In this document: one piece after another, positions 11,126 to 25,181 of the stretch
Layout: every line of letters begins with the position of its first letter
Numbering within the stretch: position 1 is the first letter of the stretch
Source: Phyllobates terribilis
Lineage: Eukaryota
Length of the DNA stretch: 64,000 nt
Direction: 5' to 3'
NCBI RefSeq assembly: GCF_046119375.1
Contig: NW_027362772.1
Span: forward strand, 303,180,001 to 303,244,000
Made by a program: the position numbers and the translations under genes
The notes under the pieces: generated by a model
Told to the model about the DNA's origin: nothing
The model's input: only the letters and a program-made list of their open reading frames with translations
Databases searched by the model: none

Positions 11126-13731
11126 TATCACGGGTGTGTCAGAGGTGACAGACAGGCGCCCTGCAGTGGGTTGCAGGAGAACTCTACATTTGGCATTGCA
11201 GACAGTTTCTTAGATAAGAGGCTGTCTTTAGGACCGAGGGGCTACCTCTCTCTTGCTAATTAGCTCCATGGCCTGGGTGTATAAATACCTGGTGTGTCTG
11301 AGAGGGAGTCGCCAGCTATATCCATTTCTACATCTGAAGCTTAGCAGGAGCAGTACTTCATCCTCTCTGGAGCTTGAGGCTGTGTGCTTATTTGGAGTTC
11401 ATCTAAAGCTAAGCGATTTCCCTTATTTGTCCACCCCTGTTGTCTATAGAGTTTAGTGGAGGTTGACTAGTGCTCAACTCATTCCACCCTAGCCATAGCC
11501 ATACGCCAGAGAGAGTAGGGTGAGGCACGTGTGCGGTGATTGCTGTGGAGATAATATAGGGACGATAGTTGAGACAGGGTGAAGCTAGACCGGACTAGGA
11601 GGTGTCCACTTCCCCCCTTTCCCTAGTGTCTGGGCTCCCTTTCCCTTTTCCCTCTGTGTTGCGCTAAGTCTTCCCCACGCCTGGTGTGACATTATAGCCG
11701 GCCGAGCACGTTTTGAAAATGGAAATAAAAAACAGGGAACTGACATTTTTTTTTTTTTTTCTTTGTGTGTTTTTGGGTGTGCACTTTTTTTTTCCCTTTT
11801 TCCCTTTGGTATGGGTTCAGTTTCAGAGCTCACACAGCAGTTCCGCTGTCTGTCTCTGGAGGTGAATGACCTCCGCTGTGAGGTTCAGCAGCAGCAGCAG
11901 CGGTTACAGGTCGCCAATATGGGGGTCTCTGCAGGTAGGCCTTTCCAGCCTGAACCCAAGGTTGCCCTCCCGGACAGATTTTCAGGAGGTAGGGACAAGT
12001 TTTTTTGTATTTAACGAGGCATACAAATTGTATTTTAAACTTCGTCCCTACTCCTCCGGTAATGAGGAGCAACGGGTTGGTATTGTGATCTCTCTATTGC
12101 AGGGCGATCCTCAGTCGTGGGCGTTTTCGTTACCGCAGGACTTGGTTTGCCTCCGGTCTGTGGAGGGCTTTTTCAGGGCTCTGGCCCTCATCTATGATGA
12201 CCCTGACCGAGTCGCCTTGGCTGAGTCTAAGCTACGTCGCCTTCAGCATGGAAATCGGTCAGTGGAAACGTTCAGTTCGGAATTCCGTAGATGGACGACG
12301 GATTCCAAATGGAATGACTCAGCCCTTAGAAGTCAATTTTGTGAGCGGCTTACTGGAAGGGTGAAAGATGCCTTGGCTGTATATGAAACCCCTCAGTCCT
12401 TGGAGGCTGCCATGTCTTTGGTCATACGTCTTGATAGACGCCTCCGGGATAGACGGGTGAGACCACCTTCTTTGGGGCCTTCTTGCCGGGGTTGTGTACT
12501 TCTGCCAGGTGAGCGGTCTGGGGGTGAACCAGTACTGGGAGAGGTGGAGGAACCCATGCAGTTAGGGGGTGTCTCTACATCATACATCTCCCCAGAGATT
12601 CGCAAGAAAAAAAGGCATTTGTTTTTTTTTGTGGGAAAAAGTGAAACTTTGTTGGGACCTGTCCTTCAATTCCTAAACAAAAGGAGACTCTATTAACTCT
12701 CGCTAGTCTGGAGTTGGATAAACAAAGGGTGCATTTGTGGCCAAACTGCAGTTCCCGCTTTGTCCTGACAGCAGAGGTGGTGCTAGAGAGCAAAACCTAA
12801 AAAATGTCTTGTGTTTGTTGACAGTGGAGCCGGAGTCAGCATGGTTGATGCGGAGTTTGTGAAGACTCATAGTCTTGCTTGCTGTGCTTTAGCTGAACCT
12901 ATTTACATCTTTGCCATTGACTCGGAGCCACTTGCACAGAAAGCATTTACTCAGATTGTACATAATGTAAAACTGAGGGTGGGGTCAGTTCATTGTGAAA
13001 TCATCCCTTGCTATGTTCTGGACAATCTTCCTACTCCAATTGTCCTCGATATCCCTTGGCTTGTTAAAGATAATCCGTTGGTGGATTGGCAAACCAGGGA
13101 GATAATTGAATGGGGAGATTACTGCCATGAGAACTGTCTAGATATTTCCATTGCTACTGTCTCTACTGAAATATTACCTGCTTTTCTGTCTGGATTTGAG
13201 GATGTTTTTTTCTGAGAGGGGGTGTCAGGATTTCCCTCCTCATCATGCTTATGACTGTCCTATTAACCTGACCCCCGGAGCTAAACTACCCAAGTCCGGA
13301 CTGTATAATCTTTCTGGCCCTGAGAGACAAGTCATGAAGGATTTAATTGCGGAAAGTCTGGAGAAGGGACATATCAGACTCTCATCTTCGCCCGTGGCGG
13401 CAGGGTTCTTCTTTGTGAAGAAAAAAGAAGGCGATCTACGTCCTTATTTCGATTTCCGGGAATTAAATCAAATTACCATCCAAGATCCATACCCTCTTCC
13501 TCTGATTCCTGATTTGTTCAGTCAGGTTGTGGGAGCTAAGCTATTCTCCAAGTTGGATTTAAGGGGAGCCAACAATCTTGTTAGAATCAGAGAAGGGGAC
13601 GAATGGAAGACAGCGTTCAATACCCCGGAAGGTCATTTCGAGAGTCTGGTTATGCCTTTTGGTTTGACCAATGAACCTGCGGTATTTCAGCATTTCATAA
13701 ATGATATTTTCCATCATTTGGTGGGGAAGTT
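11126..13731 (+). mobile_element. Gypsy 5' fragment of same family (5' LTR 11126-11691, gag, protease, RT N-half)
   Basis: LTR homologous to 10519-11084; gag PEPKVALPDRFSG; FVDSGA protease; RT stops at GKF just before YLDD where another element inserted. Confidence 0.9.
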
Positions 13732-16500
13732 TGTGAAAAAGCAGCCCAAGGTTAAGTTATATATTTAATCTCCTTAAGGGCACACTAGACAATACACTAT
13801 GTATATACATAATGGTTATACATATACAATGGTCAGATACGCAAATACAGGTGAAGTACAACAAATATAAGCAGATGAATCATGTCAATTACCAGTGTGA
13901 CGTCCGACCATGTGTGCGCTGGGCCTCAGGGGGCATCAGCTACCAGCTGGGTCCTAGGTCCTTCACAGCATGTTACTCAACATGACCCCCCCATTTGAAG
14001 TGGACTGCATGCATCAGAGAGAGAGAGCACATGGTCTTAAAACCTAGTGTATCCCCTTTTGGGTCACTCCCCTCCTGCCTTCTGGGCTGATCCTATGTCT
14101 TTTCCCCATGCCTCTGGAAGCTAAAAACTCCAAAACTCCATATGGGTCATAACTCCTTAATGGGTGATCCTAGGGAGGCGATTCTGGGCCATCAGATCCA
14201 ACCGGGCCCCTGCTGCGCATTAAGACTAAACACAGCTTTGCTATCTGTTTCCTACTAGCTATTCTATGTATCTCCCCACCCTGTGAGGCCAGAACAGATC
14301 GACACCCTGGAAGGCGACCGATCCGGTCTGGGGATCTTGGAAATATACACGATATACAGCTAGGGCATATAGTATCCCCAAAACTCCTTATGAAATCATA
14401 ACTGCCTTAACAAAGCAATTTAGACCGCATGATATCCACATGGCAAGCAAGCATTTTGTTCTGCTCTGAGCTGGTCAAGGTGTGAGATTTGTCACTCACA
14501 GCCCTTTGACTCTTGACCCCCCCTTCTGCTGCTAGGTGTTCTGTTACCACTGTGCACTGAAGGCTATTTTTTAATCCCATGCCAAATAGGACACAAATGA
14601 TTGACATGGAATTATATCTCCAATATTCTTCACACCTCCCCCCTTTAGAGGCTGCTTGGGGGCAGCACTCTCCGGTGTTCCCCTACACGCCCATCCGCAA
14701 CTTCCCCTCGTTGGGATAACCCGTTGGCATTGTCGTGGTCATGACCTTTCTTGTGGCGAATAGTGAAGTGGTTCTGCTGGAGTGCAAGGCTCCAGCCTAG
14801 CAACCTCCTATTCGTTCAGGATATGGTGTGTAACCAGCTGAGGGGTTTGTGGTCTGTTTCCATGGTGAACTGGTGTCCATACAAGTATGGCTGCAGACGC
14901 TGCAGGGCCTACACAATTGCCAGACATTCCTGCTCCATCATGGAGTAGGCCACCTCCCTCGGCAGGAGCTTCAGATTCAGGTACAAAATGGGGTGTTCTT
15001 GGCCCGTAGTTTTGACCTGGCTGAGCACAGCACCGAGGCCAAAGTCACTGGTTTCGGTCTGTACTACAAACAGCCGTGTAAAGTCGGCTGCCTATAGTAC
15101 TGTGAAGCTGAAAAGGGAGGTTTTCAGCGCCTGGAAGGCTGTCTCACAGTCATTTGTCCCATTGACTGCGGAAGAAAGCTTCTTCTTAGTGAGGTCCGTC
15201 AGGGGTTTCGCCAGGCTACTATAGTGAGGGACGAACATCCTATAGCACTCGGCGGTGCTCAGGAAGGACATCACTTGTTGCTTGGTCCTGGGGGTGGGCA
15301 AGGATGCGATGGCATCAACCTTCCCCGGCTCTGGCTTAAGAGCTCCCCCGCCTACCCGGTGTCCCAGGTAGTCGACCTCATTCATACCCAGCTGGCACAT
15401 TTCCGGCTTAATGGTCCAGCCTGCCTGGCAGATTCCCCCCCAAGCACCTGCGCCAGATGCTCTAGGTGATACTCCCAGGTGGGACTGAAGATGACTATGT
15501 CATCCAAGTACACGGCCATATACCCTTCAAATCCCTTGAGCAGTGTGTTGACCATCAGCTGAAAAATGGCAGGGGCATTCTTCATGCCGAATGGCATCAC
15601 TGTGGATTTAAGCAGTCTGAATGGGATGATAAAGGCAGTGCGTTCCCGTGCCTCGCAGGTCAGGGGAATCAACTCAAATCCATGATGGTCAGGTACTTGG
15701 CCCTGGCCAACTGATCCAGCAGGTTATCGATGCGTGGCATTGGGTACGCATCGTTGAGGGTTTACGCCTCTCCCTCCTCTAGCAGGTTGAATACGGGTAG
15801 GGTGAAGGCTTCTCGTTTATGATGTGCCTTCATCATGTTCACGTGGAAGGCCTTCCCCTGTCGTGGTCCAGGGTGACCAGGTACGTTACGGCATTGAGCT
15901 GCTGGTGCATGAGATATGGGCCTTCCCAGGTTGCCTGAAGCGTGTCCTGGTGTACGGGGACCAGTACTCACACCTTTTGACCCACCTGGTAGGTCCTCTC
16001 ACTAGCATTCTGGTTGTACCATCACTTCTAGTCGGCCTGGGCTTGCGTCATATTATTATGCACCAGCTGCGCCAAGGCCTGTATCTTGTCACGGAAGCGT
16101 ACGACATACTCTATGACCGACACTCCAAGGGTGGTTAAGTCTCCTTCCCAGACCTCTTTCACAAGATCCAAGGGCCCCCACACATGTCTCTAGAAGGGGT
16201 AAAACCCCATTGAGGCCTGTGGAACCTCCCGGTAAGCAAATAGCAGGTGTGGTAGCTACTGCTCTCAGTGACGCCCGAGGGAGTCAACCAATATCTTAAG
16301 CATCTGCTTCAGGGTGCCATTGAACCGTTCGCACAGGCCGTTGGTCTGTGGGTGGTACGGGCTAGTCACCAGATGTTGCACCTGTATCTGCTTACATAGG
16401 GACTTCATCAGCTGCGACATGAACTGGGTCCCCCGGTCAGTGAGCATTTCCTGGGGAAAACCCACTTGGGAGAAAATCTCCAGTAACTTTGGTCCTGAAT
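13732..16500 (-). mobile_element. Gmr1-type Ty3/Gypsy fragment (IN upstream of RT-RH) with 3' LTR 13732-14634
   Basis: On -: integrase TDRGTQF/TNGLCERFN (16265-16465), FHVNMMK (about 15830), RT YLDD (about 15500), RNase H ECLAIV/TDH (about 14850), PPT AAAGGGGGGAGG, LTR TGTGAA...TTCACA. Confidence 0.85.
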
Positions 16501-16719
16501 TGTTTGGATACCATGTTTTGCATTCATGGCTTCATTTTCCTCAGAAACCTCTCACTAGTTGGACCTTTCCGACGTGTGCGGATTATAGTGCAATCACTGG
16601 AAACTGCTCAGCTGCACACGGACGATTGCCATTTGACTCACTGGAGAGAATTTAGGTATTTTCTAGTCTGACCTGCCATTGTTCAGCACTGCATCATAGT
16701 CATGAACATGGTGTATGCC

Positions 16720-16945
16720 GGTGATGATGTCTTCTTCCAGCTGGATGTGTCGGTGATGATGCCCTCTTCCGGCTGGATGTGCCAGTGATGATGCTCTCTT
16801 CCGGCTGGATGTGCCAGTGATGATGCCCTCTTCCGGCTGGATGTGCCAGTGATGATGCCCTCTTCCGGCTGGATGTGCCAGTGATGATGCCCTCTTCCGG
16901 CTGGATGTGCCAGTGATGATGCCCTCTTCCGGCTGGATGTGCCAT
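16720..16945. repeat. 32-bp minisatellite, about 7 copies
   Basis: GTGATGATGCCCTCTTCCGGCTGGATGTGCCA. Confidence 0.9.
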
Positions 16946-18059
16946 TCCTCACATCTGAATGTGGCTCCATCTGCTACAAGTACATGGATTTTCTTTACAA
17001 ACCATATTCAGTGACGTCAGTGACCATTGTATCCTGAGACACTGCCTGCTGATCCCCCGCTACTACAGTAAGACCCCCACAAACCACACGGACGAAGCTG
17101 CAGTCATGGGCAGAGGCTGAGAAGCAACCAAGTGCCTTCTCATACGGATCACCCTCTGTATGATAGATATGGAGGGGCAACACAAACGATATAATCCTAA
17201 TACTCAGCCTGGGCACAGTCATGGGGAACAGGGAAGGGTCTTCCCCAAACTATTCCCAACAGTTACAACGTCTTGTGCTGAAGATTAAGATTTCCCATCA
17301 CTGGAGCTGAGGGGCTGCGGCCGCTCCCTGATAACAGCCCATAGCATTATCCTCCTCCATCATCGGTACAGCAGCACAATGTAGTCAGGGGGTAACGTCC
17401 TCCTGGAATCACCAAACCCAGACTCCTCCATCAGATGCAGATAGAGAAGTGCGATTCGTCACTGCAAAGAACAGGTCTCCTCCAGAGTCCAGTGGTGGCG
17501 GCTTTACACCACTCCATCCGACGCTCGGCATTGTGCTTGGTGATGTATGGCTGCATGCAGCTGCTTGGCCATGAAGCTCCCAGCGGGGGCACAGTGTTTA
17601 TGTTGATGCCAGAGGAGGTCTGGACTCTGCAGTTATGGGGTCAGCAGAGCCGTGGTGACTTTTCTGCCCTCTACTCCTCAGAAATTGAATCCCTGCTCTA
17701 TAACATTACAGGGTCATGTTAGGGTTAAAGTAGAAATCATGAATGGACGTTGTGAAAACACGGGGTCCCCTATAGGTGTAATACTACTCAGACAACACAG
17801 GGTAAGGGGAAAACAGCGTGGAAATACTTTATTGAACCACCAAACAGACAATAAATATATAGAACAGTCCCAGCAAATACCCAAGATTGTGTAATTTGTT
17901 CTGTCTCACCCTTCTGCTAACTCGGCGGAATTAGAGCAGCTGCGACTCAGAGGGCTTCCAGGGCCGACTACCCCTACCAGTGGCACCCTGCTGTTGGCGG
18001 GCACCCAAAAAGAGGACGTAATGACAAGCTTAGGAAGCTGACAGTCCATTGAGGTACAT

Positions 18060-18360
18060 GGCTAGGAGACCCGTGGGCCCCAACCTGGCTTCTCCGAGCG
18101 TATCCATGGGGGTCAGGTGACCAGAGAGTCGCAACCTGGCTACCCCAAACCTATCCATGGGACCAGATGACCGAAGGGTCCCAACCCGACTACCCCAAAC
18201 ATTTCCATGGGACCAGGTGATCGGAGGGTCCCAACCTGGTTTCCCCAAACGTATCCCTGGGGTCAAGTGACTGGAGGGTCACAATCCCAGCTTCCCCAAA
18301 CATCTCCATGGGGCCAGGTGACCGGATGGTCCCAATTTAGTTTCCCCAAATGTATCCATG
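18060..18360. repeat. About 50-bp degenerate tandem repeat, about 6 copies
   Basis: CAACC recurs at 18081, 18132, 18182, 18232 within CCAACCTGGCTACCCCAAAC...CCATGG...GGTGACC units. Confidence 0.8.
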
Positions 18361-19591
18361 GGTTTTGTGATAGTCAATGGAGCACATCTGTACTCCTGCA
18401 GCCAGGGCCATGGTCCCTTAAGCTGGTATCCTGTAGAATCTAAACCGGTGTTCCTCTTGATGCAGCCATGGTGTCCTGTAGAGCTGTCACATAGAGTGTT
18501 CCTGGCTGTGGTTTTGTAAAAGACTCCTTTATATAGTTCAGAACTGTCCTGCTTCAAGACATCATCTACAGGTCAAGAGAAAGAGGTGGTGATATTAACT
18601 CGCATTGCTGGAGCATCCACAGTTCATCCCCCAATGTTGGCTTGGAAATATTGAAGGATAAACTATAAATTCCCAAACAATGCAAGTCAACAGACTGCAT
18701 GGACTTATACAATGGTAATCAACATATTTAGCAAACCTCCAATGTTTAGAGACCCTGCATCCCTGTCTTGCAAAGATACAATACAATAAACCATAGGAGT
18801 TTATATGAGAGATAAATAACAGCCATTCATCAATAAACAAATATCAATTCAACCTACAAAAGTCAACATTCGGACTCATGTTCATGTGTCTTGACCAAAC
18901 GAAGAAAGAAACACATAAATTCAATAGTCAATAATTCAGGCAATAGTCTATTCTGGGGCTACGGAATTTACGTCTGGATAATTAAGATTAAATGCTGTGT
19001 CATCACAGACGAATGTAACACCCGGGCCAGACGGTGACCCGTCCTGTTCTCAGTGTCTGCCAGGTCAGCAAGATCAGTAATAAAATATTAACTAACAATC
19101 AGGATATTGTACAGAAGTTAGGGGGCGTTAAACCTCTCAGGTGTAACCCTTTGTGTTCTAAGAAGTCCCAATTTTTTTTTTTTTTATATGAAAATATTGA
19201 TTGGATCAGAACAATAAACGCAGAATCAATCATCAAATTTATTTAAAGTTCACAAAAAAAAGAAACAAAGTACCAAATCCTCTCCCCCTCTACAGCAGCA
19301 AGAGTCCAGCATTTTGATACAGTAACAATATTGTGCAGTTACAAATGGGAACCCGAAACACGGCAGCGTCTAATCCTGTAACACCGGCACATCTCCATCT
19401 GAAGAAACTGAAACACCAAGTGACCACAACCTGACATGTAACTTCATTTATGGCCGGTGGAAGGAAATGGCGACAATCTCACAGTATTAGTGCAAAAATC
19501 AACAGTGCGTCCACATTACAGATAATATATCAATATAATCTACATAGACAGCTGAGTCACCGAGGACATGCACTACATCTTGTAACAGCTT

Positions 19592-20790
19592 CCAGAGCTG
19601 CACTCACTATTCTGCTACTGAAGTCTGCATATGTGGGCTGCAACCCAGGATCAGTACCGGATAAGTAATGTAATGTCTGTACACAGTGACTGCACCAGCA
19701 GAATAGTGAGTGCAGCTCTGGAGTATAATACAGGATGTAACTCAGGATCAGTAATGTAATGTATGTACACAGTGACTGCACCAGCAGAATAGTGAGTGCA
19801 GCTCTGGAGTATAATACAGGATGTAACTCAGGATCAGTAATGTAATGTATGTACACAGTGACTGCACCAGCAGAATAGTGAGTGCAGCTCTGGAGTATAA
19901 TACAGGATGTAACTCAGGATCAGTAATGTAATGTATGTACACAGTGACTGCACCAGCAGAATAGTGAGTGCAGCTCTGGAGTATAATACAGGATGTAACT
20001 CAGGATCAGTAATGTAGTGTATGTACACAGTGACTGCACCAGCAGAATAGTGAGTGCAGCTCTGGAGTATAATACAGGATGTAACTCAGGATCAGTAATG
20101 TAATGTATGTACACAGTGACTGCACCAGCAGAATAGTGAGTGCAGCTCTGGAGTATAATACAGGAGGTAACTTAGGATCAGTAATGTAATGTATGTACAC
20201 AGTGACTGCACCAGCAGAATAGTGAGTGCAGCTCTGGGGTATAATACAGGATGTAACTCAGGATCAGTAATGTATGTACACAGTGACTGCACCAGCAGAA
20301 TAGTGAGTGCAGCTCTGGAGGATAATACAGGATGTAACTCAGGATCAGTACAGGATCAGTAATGTAATGTATGTACACAGTGACTGCACCAGCAGAATAG
20401 TGAGTGCAGCTCTGGAGTAAAATACAGGATGTAGCTCAGGATCAGTAATGTAATGTATATACACAGTGACTGCACCAGCAGAATAGTGAGTGCAGCTCTG
20501 GAGTATAATACAGGATGTAACTCAGGATCAGTAATGTATGTACACAGTGACTGCACCAGCAGAATAGTGAGTGCAGCTCTGGAGTATAATACAGGATGTA
20601 ACTCAGGATCAGTAAAGTAATGTATGTACACAGTGACTGCACCAGCAGAATAGTGAGTGCAGCTCTGGGGTATAATACTGGATGTAACTCGGGATCAGTA
20701 ATGTAATGTGTGTACACAGTGACTGCACAAGCAGAATAGTGAGTGCAGCTCTGGAGTATAGTACAGGATGTAACTAAGGATCAGTACAGG
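19592..20790 (-). repeat. 86-bp satellite array in reverse orientation, with a forward 24-nt stub at 19592-19615
   Basis: Reverse complement of the 5253-7062 unit; 86-nt period visible in the ORF track. Confidence 0.96.
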
Positions 20791-21265
20791 GTAAATAAAG
20801 CAGTGACAATATGTGATGTAGATTATATATATATATTTATATGTATCCTGTACAACAGAGATTTTATCGTTCTCCAACCCAACAATGGTGTAACTTTCCC
20901 CCCTCACACGAGCCTCCCCGGGTCACATGCCGTTACATTTATGAGGACCTTTATGTCGCTGATACAGGAATGTCCATCAGCTCCTGGTAGCTCCAGTAAG
21001 ATGAGGGACGTTGCTTCTTTTGCTCCGGTGGTCGGCCCTACACGTCCCTTCTGGCCACATCTCCCCTGTTAACCAGCTAAGAAGGGGCTTATTTGCCCTG
21101 TAGGAGCAGACCGGCCCTTTCTATCATCTCTCTGGGGACCCAGAGGTAAGAATAAGGCAGCGGGGGGTAAAAGAAGCTCAGACCCTAAATCAGAAGCATA
21201 AGAAAAATTAATTATTTCTACTATGCGCCCAACATGTTTGCGGCAGTGACGGTGCGATGGGTCCA

Positions 21266-21666
21266 TCATTCCTGTGGGTTCGTGGAGTTTCTTAGAAAGG
21301 GCTCTAGGGTGAGGTCGGAGTTCTTCCCCTCGCTCTCCTCGCTGTACAGGTCGTGTTTCTTGATGTAGTCCAGGACGGGGTCGGGCACCAGGTATCGCAC
21401 GCTCATGCCCCTCCGCAGGGCGCGGCGCACCTTGGTGGAGGAGATGTCGTTGGTAATCCACTCCTCCACCAGGTGGATATTGTCCCGATGCTTCCACAGG
21501 ACATCGGACTCGTAGATGAACTTGCTGGCATCGCTGCCCATCCTGGTGATACAGACCAGACCGAACGAAGACACAATTTCTACCACGTGTTCCGGTTTCC
21601 AAAGGTTCGGGACCCCGAGAGACTCCAGCAAGTCGGCTCCACAAAGAAGCGTAACCCGAGGTGGGG
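21266..21666 (-). CDS. nmnat1: NMNAT1 last coding exon (401 nt)
   Basis: [27 protein letters not shown] motifs; acceptor TTTCAG at 21667; TGA at 21268-21266. Confidence 0.97.
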
Positions 21667-21793
21667 CTGAAAGAGAAGACAGTGGGGGCTGTAGTGTATC
21701 ATTTGTGTCAGGGTCATATTTAGTGGCCACGTTATGGGTTGTAGCACCAGAATATATGTAATGTGGGACTCCTGTCCGTATAGGACGTCGTAC

Positions 21794-21930
21794 CTCTACT
21801 GTCCGGACAATTATAGTCGGGGACACCTTGGCTGACGTTATTCCTCTTCCTCTTCTGACCCTTTCTGTGCCCCGGCTTCTTCTCCAGCGCTCCAGTATTA
21901 CCAGTACCCGTCTGCTGCTGCTGGTAATGT
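21794..21930 (-). CDS. nmnat1: NMNAT1 coding exon 3 (137 nt) containing basic NLS-like segment
   Basis: RHYQQQ...[13 protein letters not shown]; AG/GT sites in the correct phases (2 then 1). Confidence 0.93.
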
Positions 21931-22019
21931 CTGGTGGGGACAAACAGTAACACGTTTCTCACCCTGTATATATGTATATACGACTACGGACCAGTGTTTG
22001 CTCCGTGTCCCCTATTTAC

Positions 22020-22203
22020 CTCAATGCTAGAGCCGTCTCCGTCCATTCCTTCTTCTCACATTCCCAGGGGTCCACCTCTATCCAGTCACAATTCTCAGCA
22101 GCCAGCTGTGCCATGGCCAGACGGTGAGACCCCGCAACAAGCCCTCTCTTCTTATACCCATCACTCACTGGAGAGATAATACCTTTCACAACCTTATATT
22201 TAC
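22020..22203 (-). CDS. nmnat1: NMNAT1 coding exon 2 (184 nt)
   Basis: KYKVVKGIISPVSDGYKKRGL...WIEVDPWE...EW; canonical splice sites. Confidence 0.97.
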
Positions 22204-23675
22204 CTGCGAAAAGAAAAAACATTAAAGTATTTATCCTGAGTTGCATCCTGTATTATACTCCAGAGCTGCACTCACTATTCTGTTGGTGCAGTCACTGTGT
22301 ACATACATTACATTACTGATCCTGAGTTACATCCTGTATTATACTCCAGGGCTGCACTCACTATTCTGCTGGTGCAGTCACTGTGTAACATACATTACAT
22401 TACTGCTCCTGAGTTACATCCTGTATTATATTCCAGAGCTGCACTCACTATTCTGCTGGTGCAGTAACTGTGTACATACATTACATTACTGCTCCTGAGT
22501 TACATCCTGTATTATATTCCAGAGCTGCACTCACTATTCTGCTGGTGCAGTCACTGTGTACATACATTACATTACTGATCCTGAGTTACATCCTGTATTA
22601 TACTCCAGGGCTGCACTCACTATTCTGCTGGTGCAGTCACTGTGTACATACATTACATTACTGCTCCTGAGTTACATCCTGTATTATATTCCAGAGCTGC
22701 ACTCACTATTCTGCTGGTGCAGTCACTGTGTACATACATTACATTACTGATCCTGAGTTACATCCTGTATTATACTCCAGAGCTGCACTCACTATTCTGC
22801 TGGTGCAGTCACTGTGTACATACATTACATTACTGATCCTGAGTTACATCCTGTATTATACTCCAGAGCTGCCCTCACTATTCTGCTGGTGCAGTCACTG
22901 TGTACATACATTAGATTACTTCTCCTGAGTTACATACTGTATTATACTCCAGAGCTGCACTCACTATTCTGCTGATGCAGTCACTGTGTACATACATTAC
23001 ATTACTGATCTTGAGTTACCTCCTGTATTATACTCCAGAGCTGCACTCACTATTCTGCTGGTGCAGTCACTGTGTACATACATTACAATACTGATCTTGA
23101 GTTACCTCCTGTATTATACTCCAGAGCTGCCCTCACTATTCTGCTGGTGCAGTCACTGTGTACATACATTAGATTACTTCTCCTGAGTTACATACTGTAT
23201 TATACTCCAGAGCTGCACTCACTATTCTGCTGATGCAGTCACTGTGTACATACATTACATTACTGATCTTGAGTTACCTCCTGTATTATACTCCAGAGCT
23301 GCACTCACTATTCTGCTGGTGCAGTCACTGTGTACATACATTACATTACTGATCCTGAGTTACATCCTGTATTATACTCCAGAGCTGCACTCACTATTCT
23401 GCTGGTGCAGTCACTGTGTACATACATTACATTACTGATCCTGAGTTACATCCTGTATTATCCTCCAGAGCTGCACTCACTATTCTGCTGGTGCAGTCAC
23501 TGTGTACATACATTACATTGCTGATCCTGAGTTACATCCTGTATTATACTCCAGAGCTGCACTCACTATTCTGCTGGTGCAGTCACTGTGTACATACATT
23601 ACTGATCCTGAGTTACATCCTGTATTATCCTCCAGAGCTGTACTCACTATTCTGCTAGTGGAATCACTCTGTATT

Positions 23676-24507
23676 TTTTTTTAACAATACTTTTTACTGA
23701 TTTTTAACATCTGTAATTATACAGTAAAATTATGTACGTTTAGTTTACAAATTCTCAGATTTAGTTTCTTTTCTTCCATTTTCAAATTGAAAGAATCACA
23801 GAGCAGTTAAAAAAAAAAAATAAAATAAACTACCCTCCCTCTACCCAGACATGCAGGATATACTATTGATATTTCCAGTGTTTATTTCTATCCTATCGCT
23901 CTTAAAACCAATGTAACCCCCTCGGATGTTACAATTCCTTATTTAATGTCCTGTATCTCTCCCCTCTTTTCCTTCCACACTCGGATCAATTAATTTTAAC
24001 TTCCCCAATGTTCCATCCAAGTCTTCCAGTAAAGTCTGGTCAAAGGGCCTCATGATTTTATGAAGTTCCTTCTTTGTGCAATATTTGAGTAGAAAGCCTT
24101 TCCATTTTATCATAAGCAATTTTACATTTCTTTCTTTATCACCTTCTGCTTCCATCCTCTCTAAATGGAATATGGCCTTCACCATTTAGTTAGAGTAGGA
24201 ACTATTTGTTGGGTCATGACTTTAAAGAAATCCCCCCTGAAACCATCAGGACCGGGAGCTTTTCCAGCCAGTAGACCACCAATAGTGCTCTTCACCTCTT
24301 CCTCCGTAACAGGGGCATTTAGCATAGTCAGTTGTGCTTCTGTGACTTTAGGAATTGTAATTTTACTCAAGAAATCTCCACCTCTATCCTCACCTTGTGA
24401 CTCTTCTAAGTAAAAGTTTGCATAAAAATCCCTCAGGGTTGACCTTATCTCTTTGGGATTATCCACTAGTTGTCCCTCTTTATTCTTAAATTTTAATATA
24501 TATTTTT
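23676..24507 (-). mobile_element. 5'-truncated, internally deleted L1 LINE with poly(A) and 17-bp TSD
   Basis: ORF2 segment ...GKAPGPDGF...; T-run 23674-23682; TGGAATCACTCTGTATT at 23659-23675 and 24508-24524. Confidence 0.88.
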
Positions 24508-25181
24508 TGGAATCACTCTGTATTATACTCCAGAGCTGCACTCACTATTCTGCTGGTGCAGTCACTGTGTACATACATTACATTACTGATCCTGAGTTAC
24601 ATCCTGTATTATACTCCAGAGCTGCACTCACTATTCTGCTGGTGAGGTCACTGTGTACATACATTACATTACTCATCCTGAGTTACATCCTGTATTATAT
24701 TCCAGAGCTGCACTCACTATTCTGCTGGTGAGGTCACAGCGTACATACATTACATTACTGATCCTGCGTTACATCCTGTATTATACTCCGGAGCTGCACT
24801 AACTATTCTGCTGGTGCAGTCACTGTACATACATTACTGATCCTGAGTTACATCCTGTATTATACTCCAGAGCTGCACTCACTATTCTGCTGGTGCAGTC
24901 ACTGTGTACATACATTACATTACTGATCCTGAGTTACATCCTGTATTATATTCCAGAGCTGCACTCACTATTCTGCTGGTGCAGTCACTGTGTACATACA
25001 TTACATTACTGATCCTATACTTATTCTGAGTTACCTCCTGTATTATACCCCAGAGCAGCACTCACTATTCTGCTGGTGCAGTCACTGTGTACATACATTA
25101 CATTACTGATCCTGAGTTACATCCTGTATTATACTCCAGAGCTGCACTCACTATTCTACTGGTGGAGTCACTGTGTACATA

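Noticed and set aside
17751-19435. Possible additional solo LTRs starting TGTGAAAAC (17751) or TGTAACACC (19015)
   Set aside because: Could not find a matching terminus with a target-site duplication.
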